This document shows, piece by piece, positions 1 through 12,172 of a stretch of DNA of 64,000 nucleotides. Where the stretch lies: positions 1,736,001-1,800,000 of the forward strand of contig NW_027361695.1 of NCBI RefSeq assembly GCF_039654945.1, in the 5' to 3' direction. The stretch's first letter is position 1. Each line of letters begins with the position of its first letter. This stretch comes from Dendrobates tinctorius. Taxonomy: Eukaryota. The notes under the pieces are model-generated. The model did not search any database. It had not been told where the DNA came from and worked only from the letters and a program-made list of their open reading frames with translations. Position numbers and translations under genes: made by a program.

Positions 1-460
1 CAAGCTGAAGGTTTTACAATGGCCCTCACAGTCCCCTGATCTGAGCATCATTGAGAACTTGTGGCTAGAGCTCAGAATAGCAGAGGATGCATGACAGCCC
101 AGGAATCTCACAGAACTAGAAGAATTCTCCAAGGAAGAATGATGAGAATCCCCCAAAAAAAGAACTGAATGACTCTTGTCTGACTACAAAAAGCATTTAC
201 AAGCTGTGATACTTTCAAAAGGGGGCCCTACTAGGTACTAACCATGCAGGGTGCCCAAACATTTGCATCAGACCATTTTCCTTTTTGTCATTTTTAAAAT
301 GTAAAAGATGAAAATGATTTTTTTTTTTGCCTAAAATACAAAGGAAATGTGTCATCTGTAACTTTAGGCCTTTTAGATTTCATTTCATCTTCAACTTGCT
401 TAACTGTTCACAGTAACAGTAATTTTGACCAGGGGTGCCCAAACTATTACATCCACTGTA
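1..460 (+). mobile_element. 3' end of a decayed Tc1-like (IR/DR type) DNA transposon
   Basis: Frame 2 reads [21 protein letters not shown], matching the Tc1 [15 protein letters not shown] motif, then hits stops. The direct repeat GGGTGCCCAAAC occurs at ~249 and ~433. The element ends CACTG followed by TA at 459-460. Confidence 0.9.
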
Positions 461-580
461 CTTATTGCAATGTTTTTGGGGATGGCTTATCTTCTAATAA
501 CAAAGATCAGGCATATTAAAATCCAGTAACAACGGTATACTTTACTATCCGTAGATGCGGCCGGTGTTGCCGTTTCGTAC

Positions 581-699
581 CTGACTTCCACTTCGGGCTT
601 GTTATGTCTTTCCACCACCTGCGAGGAGAAGTTTTCCAGACACATCGCCGCCTGTAAGGTGGCGCGGACCGTGTTGAGGTACGGGCGAAGTGTGGCAGA
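581..699 (-). CDS. ARPC4: ARPC4 (Arp2/3 complex subunit 4) coding exon 2
   Basis: Minus strand: polypyrimidine tract, then cag|[41 protein letters not shown]|gtacg. 119 bp, nearly identical to the vertebrate ARPC4 N-terminus. Missing from the ORF track. Later exons lie left of the window. Confidence 0.97.
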
Positions 700-1859
700 C
701 TGGAAAGAGAAGGAACATCATGAGTCTAGGGTGGCCACATCTGCGGGCACGGTAGTTGCTCAGAAAAGGAAGCGGCACGGTCACTAAATAACCTCAGATT
801 TCACCATCTGCACAATGAAAAATAAAGAGGTGACACCATCCTGAGAACCTCAGCGTCTCCAGGTCTCACATAATAGTAGCATTATCTTCGTTGATGATGG
901 GAGTTACCATCCACGGCCCCGGGACACGCCCGGCCGGGAGTCTCACAAGTCAACAGATCCATTAACTTTTTGGCAGGAAAATGAGGCACAATCAGAGCTG
1001 GTTACTTATTAGCGGCTCACAAATACATTGTCGGTGCTGGAGGTATCACAGTGTCTGCTGATCCCCACGATCATACATATCGCCAACCCTAAAGGGGTTG
1101 GCGATATGCATGATCACGTACCGCTTCAGTCGCTACGTAGAAAATCTGCGCGGTCATGTAGTGATCCATCCGCAACCCCACGGCTTTCTCTAATTAGGCA
1201 GATTTACCAAGCAGAACACCGACAGGGAAGGGAACCCCACACAAATCAGCGAGACGGTATCAGAATGATATTGCTGCATTTTTACAACTGACGGTCACTG
1301 TAAGTGGTGATCATCTGATCGCTTCCTTTGAGATGAATCTGTCACCATGTTTGTTCTACTCCTTCCGAGAGCAGCATGATGTAGAGGCAGAGACCCTGAT
1401 TCTAGTGATAGATCACTAACTGGGCTGCTTGCTGCAGTTTTGATACTATCACTGATTTGTTGCAGATCTCTGTATGCTGAGTTCTGTATAACTCTGCCAA
1501 CAACACGGAGTGGCATCTTTCTGCCTATGCACAGTGTACAATCAGTAGTGGGGATGGGGTTGGCCTCCTGGTCCATGCTCTAAGGTTAAAGGAGTTATCC
1601 AGGACTTTTTTTTTCCCCCATGGGCAAAGCCTGTGCAGCCCCGCGAAGGCCTCTCCTGGCTCATGGACGGCTCCTGACAGCGATTCTCCTGCTTCCTGAG
1701 ACCTCACGTCAGCTGTCAGAAGAAACTACTCTGTCGATCTGTCGTCACAGGAGGCAGCACAAGTAGTTAGATAGAAACTGCCTGCCAATAAGCACTTCAC
1801 CCCTTAGGGAAAAAAAGGATGGGTTTTTAGTGGTCTGGAAATAGGAGCTTTCATAGATA

Positions 1860-2075
1860 TCTCCTATATCTATTCATCTACCTGCCCAATCCATCTCCCT
1901 AAACATCCAACCCACCACCCATTCATTCATTTACCTACCCATCAGGCAAGTTATCCAGCCTGTCATCTACTTACCCACTCAACCATCCATCTACCAACCT
2001 ACACACATGTGCATACCCACTTATCCAACCTCATTATCCGCCTAATCAATTACTGATCCACCTGACCCCAATCAC
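1860..2075. repeat. Degenerate (CCAT/CCAC)n simple repeat
   Basis: Runs of ccatcc/tacc/cacc motifs. Confidence 0.5.
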
Positions 2076-4415
2076 TCCAGGAGACTGAGGTTGTGAGGTC
2101 TCCGTCCATTTTATCCTGGGGTGCAGTGTCCATCTTCTATTCCACAGTGTGCCCCCCCCAATCCCAGGAGCCAGGTGGTCTCAGTGCCCCCCCAAAAGAG
2201 TGGGTTATCCACTACCAATATCTATTGCACATTATCACTACTTCCGTCAGCCTGGCTCCAGAGGTGGTCAATGAGGCCCCTAAAACGTAAAGCATTACTT
2301 CCATAACCAAACGGTAATTCGCTGCAAAACTACAACTCCCAGCATGCCCTAACAGACGGCAGCTGTGAGTTGTTCTCTACTTCAAAATCCACTCCGTATC
2401 AAGTCGAGTTCTCCAACCAAACTACAACTCTCAGCATGCACCGACAGCCCATAGCAGCAATAGCATGCTGGAAGTAGTAGTTTTGCAACAGCTGGAAAAG
2501 CCGAGAAATGATGCAGCACTTCAATTACAGGATTAAAGAAGCTAAAGGAGAGAAACCCCTAAACCACAACTGAGGAGCGCACGGGGCAAACGCGACCGTA
2601 CAAATCAGCTGGGGGCGAGCGAGAGGGCGACCGAGGAATTCACAAACCAACCCCACGTGCGCTGACGAAGATAAACTTCCTACGTTTTTGCTCCCGGGCA
2701 TGTGACACGCCCGGACACAGCAGGAATACCATCTGCTGCAAACCCACACACACCTCCCCGAGAATATGGAGCAGGGCCAAGCGTGCAGGAAAGCTTCAGG
2801 ACTTCAGGATGTGCATTATCAAGGAGAATGGGAGAGGGTCTTCAGTTCCCCTTTTTTTTTTGCTGGTGCTACATAAGCAACAGCCCTAGAAAAGAATATT
2901 CTCAACTTGAAAAATTATCACTTTATGACTGTAACCCCACCAACCGTGAAAATAAGAGGGCCACAGAGCTAATTTATCGCTTTGTCTAAGCTTTCCCTCC
3001 AGAGCAGCGCTCCTGACCACCTGGCTGTACAGGGGCTGCAGAGCACACAGTAAGGAAGCTAGCACCTCTTTAATTTCAGGATTGTAGGGGGTCCTAGAGA
3101 TCAGATTGTCACATATCCATAAGAGGGTATTCCCATATTCTATCCCTTTAAAGCTAAGCTTATATACTAATACGATGCCTTTAAGGATTACAACTGATGA
3201 TCTGACTGACTGGAGACACAAATGAGAAAGCTGCGCCATCAATAATCCACGGGATATCGGTCACATCTCAGTCGGGTTGGTATATTACCGTGATGGGTGG
3301 GAGTCCAATTTATGGGATTGCCACCTGTCCTGAGTGTAAAAGTGCCATCGCACCAAGTCAGGGCTTCATTCCTTTCACAGCGGCGCTCCGACCACCCAGA
3401 CAGGTGAACGGCAGCATAGCCTGATTCAAGTGAGAGGATCAGCTGCAATTTACTAGCACGGCCAGAAAAAGGCGCTGTGGTGCCAAGTCCCCTTCATTCT
3501 CCCAGGATCAGTGGGAGTCCCAAAAATCAGAACCCACCCATCCTTCAACATACCATCCCTTTATAAGATCAGAATACCCATTTATGGATAATTTCACATT
3601 TTTACTCCAAGTACAAGAGAGATTATCGAAATCTTTATGCAACTTTTCTGCCTCACTTGTAGCCATTTTTAGGCTACGTGCTTGCTGTCAGTGAATAGAA
3701 GCAGGTTTAGAAGATTGTCTAGACACCATATGTTTTAGTGCTAATAATGTATCAAGTGTCTCAACAAAACAAACAGATCAGTAGCCCAGAGGACCCCAGC
3801 GCAAAGGCCAGCCTGATCCGGATACTCTGTTGCATTGTCTACACTTGTAGCAACTTTCAGCTATGGGAAACATTAGATCTGTAGCAGATGTCACCCTGTA
3901 GATGCAAACAAGTGCGAGATCTGCCCTCAGACTAATCGAGACAAGAGATGAAGGCCTGAAAGGGCATCACCTCTACTTTCAAAGTGCCCCCAAGAAGTTT
4001 TAAGACCTCAAAACTACAATTCCTTGCCCTACATCACGAGAGCATTGCATCATCTGTCCCACTTTCCTTGTGCAGATCATTAGTGATGCACAACGGGAGC
4101 AAAAAATAAATAAATCCAGCCGCAACAGAGGACACATCGGATGTATGACAATCCGCTATCTTGCTGATCGCTGGGGTCTGAGTGCTGCAGAGCGGGGTCA
4201 GGCTTGGATGGAGTGCAGATGCACATCCTGGTCCTCAGCGCCATTCCTTGTGTGAGAAAGACTAGTACGGTGCCTGGACCCCCAGTGACCAGTAAGATAT
4301 CCCCTACCTTGCAGATCACTGAGGGTCCGAGCTCTGCCTCAGCTTTCTCAGGCACCCCCATGGGAGGGGATAACCCTCTAGACAGGATTATATTAAAAAA
4401 GAATAAAGGGCTGAC

Positions 4416-7400
4416 TTAAAGGGGGCTTCTGTTTTGTTTTTTTTGTTTGTTTTTTTTTTTAGAAAAACCTTGTTCCTCCAGATGCAAATTATTTTTTAAA
4501 TGTCTTTACTCACGATCCTGGGGTCCAGCTGCGAATCCCCACCGCTGCTCCTAGTGTGTTATTGTCTGCAGCACTGACACCATGTCAATAGTGCTGCAGC
4601 CAACCAGTGAGCTCAGCAGCACTGCCCGAGTTGACGCAAGCCCTGCAGCCAACCAGTGAGCTCGGCCGCTCTGCCCGAGTTGACGCAAGCCCTGCAGCCA
4701 ACCAGTGAGCTCGGCCGCTCTGCCCGAGTTGACGCAAGCGCTGCAGCCAACCAGTGAGCTCGGCCGCTCTGCCCGAGTTGACGCAAGCGCTGCAGCCAAC
4801 CAGTGAGCTCGGCCGCTCTGCCCGAGTTGACGCAAGCGCTGCAGCCAACCAGTGAGCTCGGCCGCTCTGCCCGAGTTGACGCAAGCGCTGCAGCCAACCA
4901 GTGAGCTCGGCCGCTCTGCCCGAGTTGACGCAAGCGCTGCAGCCAACCAGTGAGCTCGGCCGCTCTGCCCGAGTTGACGCAAGCGCTGCAGCCAACCAGT
5001 GAGCTCGGCCGCTCTGCCCGAGTTGACGCAAGCGCTGCAGCCAACCAGTGAGCTCGGCCGCTCTGCCCGAGTTGACGCAAGCGCTGCAGCCAACCAGTGA
5101 GCTCGGCCGCTCTGCCCGAGTTGACGCAAGCGCTGCAGCCAACCAGTGAGCTCGGCCGCTCTGCCCGAGTTGACGCAAGCGCTGCAGCCAACCAGTGAGC
5201 TCGGCCGCTCTGCCCGAGTTGACGCAAGCGCTGCAGCCAACCAGTGAGCTCGGCCGCTCTGCCCGAGTTGACGCAAGCGCTGCAGCCAACCAGTGAGCTC
5301 GGCCGCTCTGCCCGAGTTGACGCAAGCGCTGCAGCCAACCAGTGAGCTCGGCCGCTCTGCCCGAGTTGACGCAAGCGCTGCAGCCAACCAGTGAGCTCGG
5401 CCGCTCTGCCCGAGTTGACGCAAGCGCTGCAGCCAACCAGTGAGCTCGGCCGCTCTGCCCGAGTTGACGCAAGCGCTGCAGCCAACCAGTGAGCTCGGCC
5501 GCTCTGCCCGAGTTGACGCAAGCGCTGCAGCCAACCAGTGAGCTCGGCCGCTCTGCCCGAGTTGACGCAAGCGCTGCAGCCAACCAGTGAGCTCGGCCGC
5601 TCTGCCCGAGTTGACGCAAGCGCTGCAGCCAACCAGTGAGCTCGGCCGCTCTGCCCGAGTTGACGCAAGCGCTGCAGCCAACCAGTGAGCTCGGCCGCTC
5701 TGCCCGAGTTGACGCAAGCGCTGCAGCCAACCAGTGAGCTCGGCCGCTCTGCCCGAGTTGACGCAAGCGCTGCAGCCAACCAGTGAGCTCGGCCGCTCTG
5801 CCCGAGTTGACGCAAGCGCTGCAGCCAACCAGTGAGCTCGGCCGCTCTGCCCGAGTTGACGCAAGCGCTGCAGCCAACCAGTGAGCTCGGCCGCTCTGCC
5901 CGAGTTGACGCAAGCGCTGCAGCCAACCAGTGAGCTCGGCCGCTCTGCCCGAGTTGACGCAAGCGCTGCAGCCAACCAGTGAGCTCGGCCGCTCTGCCCG
6001 AGTTGACGCAAGCGCTGCAGCCAACCAGTGAGCTCGGCCGCTCTGCCCGAGTTGACGCAAGCGCTGCAGCCAACCAGTGAGCTCGGCCGCTCTGCCCGAG
6101 TTGACGCAAGCGCTGCAGCCAACCAGTGAGCTCGGCCGCTCTGCCCGAGTTGACGCAAGCGCTGCAGCCAACCAGTGAGCTCGGCCGCTCTGCCCGAGTT
6201 GACGCAAGCGCTGCAGCCAACCAGTGAGCTCGGCCGCTCTGCCCGAGTTGACGCAAGCGCTGCAGCCAACCAGTGAGCTCGGCCGCTCTGCCCGAGTTGA
6301 CGCAAGCGCTGCAGCCAACCAGTGAGCTCGGCCGCTCTGCCCGAGTTGACGCAAGCGCTGCAGCCAACCAGTGAGCTCGGCCGCTCTGCCCGAGTTGACG
6401 CAAGCGCTGCAGCCAACCAGTGAGCTCGGCCGCTCTGCCCGAGTTGACGCAAGCGCTGCAGCCAACCAGTGAGCTCGGCCGCTCTGCCCGAGTTGACGCA
6501 AGCGCTGCAGCCAACCAGTGAGCTCGGCCGCTCTGCCCGAGTTGACGCAAGCGCTGCAGCCAACCAGTGAGCTCGGCCGCTCTGCCCGAGTTGACGCAAG
6601 CGCTGCAGCCAACCAGTGAGCTCGGCCGCTCTGCCCGAGTTGACGCAAGCGCTGCAGCCAACCAGTGAGCTCGGCCGCTCTGCCCGAGTTGACGCAAGCG
6701 CTGCAGCCAACCAGTGAGCTCGGCCGCTCTGCCCGAGTTGACGCAAGCGCTGCAGCCAACCAGTGAGCTCGGCCGCTCTGCCCGAGTTGACGCAAGCGCT
6801 GCAGCCAACCAGTGAGCTCGGCCGCTCTGCCCGAGTTGACGCAAGCGCTGCAGCCAACCAGTGAGCTCGGCCGCTCTGCCCGAGTTGACGCAAGCGCTGC
6901 AGCCAACCAGTGAGCTCGGCCGCTCTGCCCGAGTTGACGCAAGCGCTGCAGCCAACCAGTGAGCTCGGCCGCTCTGCCCGAGTTGACGCAAGCGCTGCAG
7001 CCAACCAGTGAGCTCGGCCGCTCTGCCCGAGTTGACGCAAGCGCTGCAGCCAACCAGTGAGCTCGGCCGCTCTGCCCGAGTTGACGCAAGCGCTGCAGCC
7101 AACCAGTGAGCTCGGCCGCTCTGCCCGAGTTGACGCAAGCGCTGCAGCCAACCAGTGAGCTCGGCCGCTCTGCCCGAGTTGACGCAAGCGCTGCAGCCAA
7201 CCAGTGAGCTCGGCCGCTCTGCCCGAGTTGACGCAAGCGCTGCAGCCAACCAGTGAGCTCGGCCGCTCTGCCCGAGTTGACGCAAGCGCTGCAGCCAACC
7301 AGTGAGCTCGGCCGCTCTGCCCGAGTTGACGCAAGCGCTGCAGCCAACCAGTGAGCTCGGCCGCTCTGCCCGAGTTGACGCAAGCGCTGCAGCCAACCAG

Positions 7401-8738
7401 TGAGCTCGGCCGCTCTGCCCGAGTTGACGCAAGCGCTGCAGCCAACCAGTGAGCTCGGCCGCTCTGCCCGAGTTGACGCAAGCGCTGCAGCCAACCAGTG
7501 AGCTCGGCCGCTCTGCCCGAGTTGACGCAAGCGCTGCAGCCAACCAGTGAGCTTGGCCGCTCTGCCCGAGTTGACGCAAGCGCTGCAGCCAACCAGTGAG
7601 CTCGGCCGCTCTGCCCGAGTTGACGCAAGCGCTGCAGCCAACCAGTGAGCTCGGCCGCTCTGCCCGAGTTGACGCAAGCGCTGCAGCCAACCAGTGAGCT
7701 CGGCCGCTCTGCCCGAGTTGACGCAAGCGCTGCAGCCAACCAGTGAGCTCGGCCGCTCTGCCCGAGTTGACGCAAGCGCTGCAGCCAACCAGTGAGCTCG
7801 GCCGCTCTGCCCGAGTTGACGCAAGCGCTGCAGCCAACCAGTGAGCTCGGCCGCTCTGCCCGAGTTGACGCAAGCGCTGCAGCCAACCAGTGAGCTCGGC
7901 CGCTCTGCCCGAGTTGACGCAAGCGCTGCAGCCAACCAGTGAGCTCGGCCGCTCTGCCCGAGTTGACGCAAGCGCTGCAGCCAACCAGTGAGCTCGGCCG
8001 CTCTGCCCGAGTTGACGCAAGCGCTGCAGCCAACCAGTGAGCTCGGCCGCTCTGCCCGAGTTGACGCAAGCGCTGCAGCCAACCAGTGAGCTCAGCGGCA
8101 CTGCCCGAGTTGACGCAAGCGCTGCAGCCAACCAGTGAGTTCAGCGGCACTGCCCGAGTTGACGCAAGCGCTGCAGCCAACCAGTGAGTTCAGCGGCACT
8201 GCCCGAGTTGACGCAAGCGCTGCAGCCAACCAGTGAGCTCAGCTGCTCTGCCCGAGTTGACACAAGCGCTGCAGCCAACCAGTGAGCTCAGCTGCTCTGC
8301 CCGAGCTGACAAGCGCTGCAGCCAACCAGTGAGCTCAGCTGCTCTGCCCGAGCTGACAAGCGCTGCAGCCAACCAGTGAGCTCGGCGGCTCTGCCCGAGT
8401 TGACGCAAGCGCTGCAGCCAACCAGTGAGCTCAGTGGCTCTGCCCGAGTTGACGCAAGCGCTGCAGCCAACCAGTGAGCTTAGTGGCTCTGCCCGAGTTG
8501 ACGCAAGCGCTGCAGCCAACCAGTGAGCTCAGTGGCTCTGCCCGAGTTGACGCAAGCGCTGCAGCCAACCAGTGAGCTCAGCCGCTCTGCCCGACTTGAC
8601 ACAAGCCCTGCAGCAAACAACAGACACCAGGAGCAGCGGCAGAGACTCAGCGCCGGACTCGGGGAGGGCGATTAAAGCAGTTTGATTTCGAACAGGAAAC
8701 AAGGGGTTTTTTGCTGAAACTAAAAACACTTTCCTAAG
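4416..8738. mobile_element. TTAA/Kolobok(T2)-like MITE whose centre has expanded into the 49-bp array
   Basis: Starts ttaaagggg at 4416. The left flank ccgctgctcctagtgtgttattgtctgcag (~4542-4570) is an inverted copy of the right flank ctgcagcaaacaacagacaccaggagcagcgg (~8608-8639). aaaaaccttgttcct and aggaaacaaggggttttt are also inverted. The right terminus is degenerate. Confidence 0.6.
4592..8612. repeat. 49-bp minisatellite, ~82 copies, in ARPC4 intron 1
   Basis: Unit GCTGCAGCCAACCAGTGAGCTCGGCCGCTCTGCCCGAGTTGACGCAAGC. The centre is essentially invariant and the edges are diverged. Confidence 0.99.
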
Positions 8739-9244
8739 TTCTAACTTTCAGGATATAACCGAGACCCCCACCGCTCTCCAGAACAGGGGTCTTGTGTTCA
8801 TATATGAGGCGCAGCTGAGCTATTACTGCTGCACCCCCAGAGACTGCTCCACCGTCCAACAGGAGCCCATTCTGTACCCCGACAGTTTATAGGAAACCCC
8901 TATGGGGCGGGCATTAACCCCTCACACTGCTCCCTAGAGGCCAATGGTAAGACCCCTCCTGCACTGCCGGCTATGGGGGCTGCACAGAATCGCATGGTGT
9001 GACCGGAGAGCTGGAGCAGCCGCCTCCTAGGATTGTGCAATGCTGGAGAGACACCTGCAGAGGGCGCTGCACCCGTGCACATTCCCGGGCGGCCTCCGCC
9101 CTCCACCGGTTGCTTCATCCTCCCGAGAGCCGCTCCCACTATTCCCCGACAGTGGCCGAACCGTGACCGCTCCTCCCCGCCATGTAACAACCGTCCACAC
9201 ATCCCGGCCGGTGACCTCCCGGGGAACCTCCCCGCCTCACTCAC

Positions 9245-9247
9245 CAT
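9245..9247 (-). CDS. ARPC4: ARPC4 exon 1 coding part (initiator ATG only)
   Basis: Minus strand reads ggagcgATG|gtgagtgagg, a strong donor in a CpG-rich region. It joins exon 2 in phase 0 (M-SATLRPYL). Mammalian ARPC4 has the same ATG-only first coding exon. Confidence 0.9.
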
Positions 9248-10200
9248 CGCTCCGGTAGCTCCCGATAGCGGAAGTGACAGCTCTGCGCCTGCGCAGTCGG
9301 ACGCTTCCCCCCTCTCAGAGAGACGGTCAGCCATCCGGCCAAACCATTATTAAATCAGGGGGTGTAAAGACGAGACACTGATTTCAAGTTACACGAACGT
9401 ATACAAACACCGCCCTGCCCGTGAGCTCGTTTCCCCCTGCCCTTATCACATGGTACCACCCTCATATTCTACATGAGTTTCTATGATCAGCTCCGGAATG
9501 ACAGGTACATATCAGACGGTACCCCCCTCTGGAGAGAGAATGGTTGCGTCTTTCCAGCTTCTCACCATATTAGGACATATGGAATGCATGAAGAGGAAAC
9601 CATTGTGAACAAATAGGGGTGATCATTATCCTAAACGGACAAAAACTGACCACCTTTTCATAATTTCACGGTATACTTACATATGTCTATATAGGAATTG
9701 TTTCATTAAATATACGCTACGAATGTAATATTACGTAGTGCGTATTTTAAATAACTGTTACATCCGAGTAAAATCAGACTCCCCCCATAGCTCCTATGGA
9801 CCAGTCTTACTCCAAGCCCACCCCCGCTGAGGTGTGATGGACTGTACCATTTTTTCTGTCACACAATGAGCCGTGACGTTACACACTTATAGAGATATCT
9901 CCTGTGCTGAGAATCAGGGTCCAGTCTAATTCGCTCTTATATATGTAATTTACATGGAGCGGCGGAGTCATTCCCTCAGTTATACGCTTTTATCCGTATA
10001 GACTCCCCCCATGGCGCCAGTAAGTGGTGTCTTCCACGGCCCCGGTTATCTGAGAGGACTGGCACAAGGGCCTCGGGCAGCTCTGCGCTGCCACCTGCTG
10101 GCCACGGGCGCTCAGAGGCGGAGAGAGGCCGAGGAGACGGCGGCACCGGGGATGGCGGCGTAGTGCGGGCCGCGGTGCGCTGTGAATGAATGTAAGTAGG
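9248..10200. promoter_or_regulatory. Head-to-head ARPC4/TADA3 promoter region
   Basis: ETS-type CGGAAGTG at 9269-9276, NRF1-like TGCGCCTGCGCA at 9284-9295, YY1-like CCATGGCG at ~10009, and CTCF-like CCAGCAGGTGGCAG on the minus strand at ~10088-10103. Two CpG-rich patches are separated by an AT-richer spacer. Confidence 0.7.
10010..10191 (+). other. TADA3: Candidate non-coding first exon of TADA3 (boundaries uncertain)
   Basis: CpG-rich segment ending at a GTAAGT donor (10192). A second GTAAGT at 10020 is an alternative. The TSS cannot be determined from sequence. Confidence 0.45.
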
Positions 10201-10730
10201 CGGCGAGGTGCCGGTGCCATGGACCGAGCCGGCGGCCACCGACATGTGCAGCAATAAGCGGCCTGCAGTGGGAAAGCGGAGCTGCTATCTGATTGGCTGC
10301 TCCCGGTGACTGTTACAGTTAGCAGCGCTGCAGCCAATCACTCACTGACTGACTGGCTGCAGCTTTGCAGACAAAAATCAGACACCGGACCTGGGGAGGG
10401 TGAGTGAGCTGCTTTTAAGGAATTGCAGCTGGGGGATGGGGATTTTCTGCACCCCTTTAAGGCAGCGCTTTTATTCTTTCATGATCCGTTTGCAGATTCT
10501 CGTCCGGGATCCGTTCACTTTACCGGGTTATGCTCCTTTTTTGGTACAAGGTATTTTTTCCCTTTGAGGACAGTGGTCTTCTGCGCCGGCTCTCCGCCAT
10601 CGCTCTTGTCTCTATATTGGCCTCAGCGGCGATGGCGGGATTACAGCACACTTCACCGCTGCAGCCAATCGCTGAGACACTACGCAGGGAGCCGGCACTG
10701 GACCTCGGGACAACCGCTTTTTTTATTTAA

Positions 10731-11263
10731 AGGGAATCTGTCACCCCATTTTTGGACTATCAGCTGCCGGCACCACCATCAGGGGCTTATCTACAGCGTT
10801 CTGTAATGCATTCTGTAATGCTGTAGATAAGCCCCACATGTAACCTGAAAGAAAAGAAAAACACGCTATATTACACTCACCCGGGGGTGGTCCGGTCCGA
10901 TGGGTGTCGTGGTCCAGTCCGGCGCCTCCCATCTTCTAGCGATGACGTCCTCTTCTTTGCTTCCTGTTGCGGCTCCTGCGCAGGCGCACTGCAGTACTCT
11001 CCCCTGCCCTCAACAGGGCAGATAAAGTACGCCTGCGCAGGAGCCGCAACAGGAAGCAAAGAAGAGGACGTCATCGCTAGAAGATGGGAGGCGCCGGACT
11101 GGACCACCCCTGGGTGAGTATAATATAACTCATTTTTCTTTTCTTTCAGGTTACATGGGGGGCTTATCTACAGCATTACAGAATGCATTACAGAATGCTG
11201 TAGATAAGCCCCTGATGGTGGTGCCGGCAGCTGATAGTCCAAAAATGAGGTGACAGATTCCCT
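10731..11263. mobile_element. Young, almost fully palindromic TTAA-flanked MITE (Kolobok/T2-like), 533 bp
   Basis: TTAA|AGGGAATCTGTCACC...GGTGACAGATTCCCT|TTAA. The arms are complementary nearly to the centre (~11005). Confidence 0.93.
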
Positions 11264-11965
11264 TTAAAGAGTAACTAATCTATATTATTATTTTTTTTTT
11301 ATTATTATTATTATTGATCTGTTGTTGTAGTTCTGAACCTCCTGTAATATTTGCTGGCCCCTGATTTTTGCTCTCTCTTCTCTGACTCCGAAGTGAAATA
11401 GCTGTTTTACCTGTTGAGTTCCTGCACTGAGAGCAGCTGATTTACAATATCCGGACCCCCTGTGTGAGCTTCTCTGCTCCCATCAGACAGGGAGAGGGGA
11501 TAAGGGAAGGCAACGGAGAAGCTCGCACAGGGGTCCAGATATTTGAAAATCAGCTGCTCTCCGTGCAGGAACTCGGCAGGTAAAACAGCAATTTCACCGC
11601 AGAGTTTGGGAGAAAGGAATGCAAAAAAGAAAAGTAGTGGAGTGATAACGATCCCGCCATCCACAAGGTTGTAGATGTACAAAGCCCAAAATCCGCTCAC
11701 CCACCGGACCGACAGTCAGAATGGTGGAGGCGCTGACCGCTGCGGCCAGTTGGAGCTGTGGCTGTACCAAACTGTCAGCGGTGTCAGTTCAGGTTGTAGA
11801 TGAGTCGTCATTCGCTGACCGCAAGCAGTGATCTTGAATACTACCAACTTGCTGCCCTCTTTATTTTTCCAGTGGTGATTGATGGCACAGGTCATCGTGG
11901 ATCATGTGGGTACAGCCTCATTATCCGTTTTCTTTTTGTATCCCTTCAGTTCACCAGTTGCCATC

Positions 11966-12172
11966 ATGAGTGAGTTAAAAGATTGCCCGCTGCAGTTCCA
12001 CGAGTTTAAGTCGGTGGACCACGTGAAGTTGTGCCCCCGGTACACGGCCGTGCTCTCCCGGTCAGAAGACGATGGGATCGGCATTGAGGAGCTGGACACG
12101 CTGCAGCTAGAGCTAGAAACCCTGCTGTCCTCAGCCAGCCGCCGGCTGCGGGTGTTAGAGGCCGAGACGCAG
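11966..12172 (+). CDS. TADA3: TADA3 coding exon 1
   Basis: MSELKDCPLQFHEFKSVDHVKLCPRYTAVLSRSEDDGIGIEELDTLQLELETLLSSASRRLRVLEAETQ|gtaagg. 207 bp, matches the vertebrate TADA3 N-terminus. Confidence 0.98.

Noticed and set aside
4551-8180. Three overlapping ~1200-aa minus-strand ORFs
   Set aside because: They arise from a 49-bp unit with no minus-strand stop, so all frames give the same 49-aa repeat. The starts are TTG rather than ATG, and the region is intronic to ARPC4.
4592-8612. CRISPR-like array of partly palindromic repeats
   Set aside because: There are no unique spacers and no cas genes, and the context is eukaryotic. The same applies to all other arrays.
10400-10405. GTGAGT as the TADA3 exon 1 donor
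   Set aside because: It lies inside a MITE remnant that carries this motif. The donor at 10192 is more plausible.
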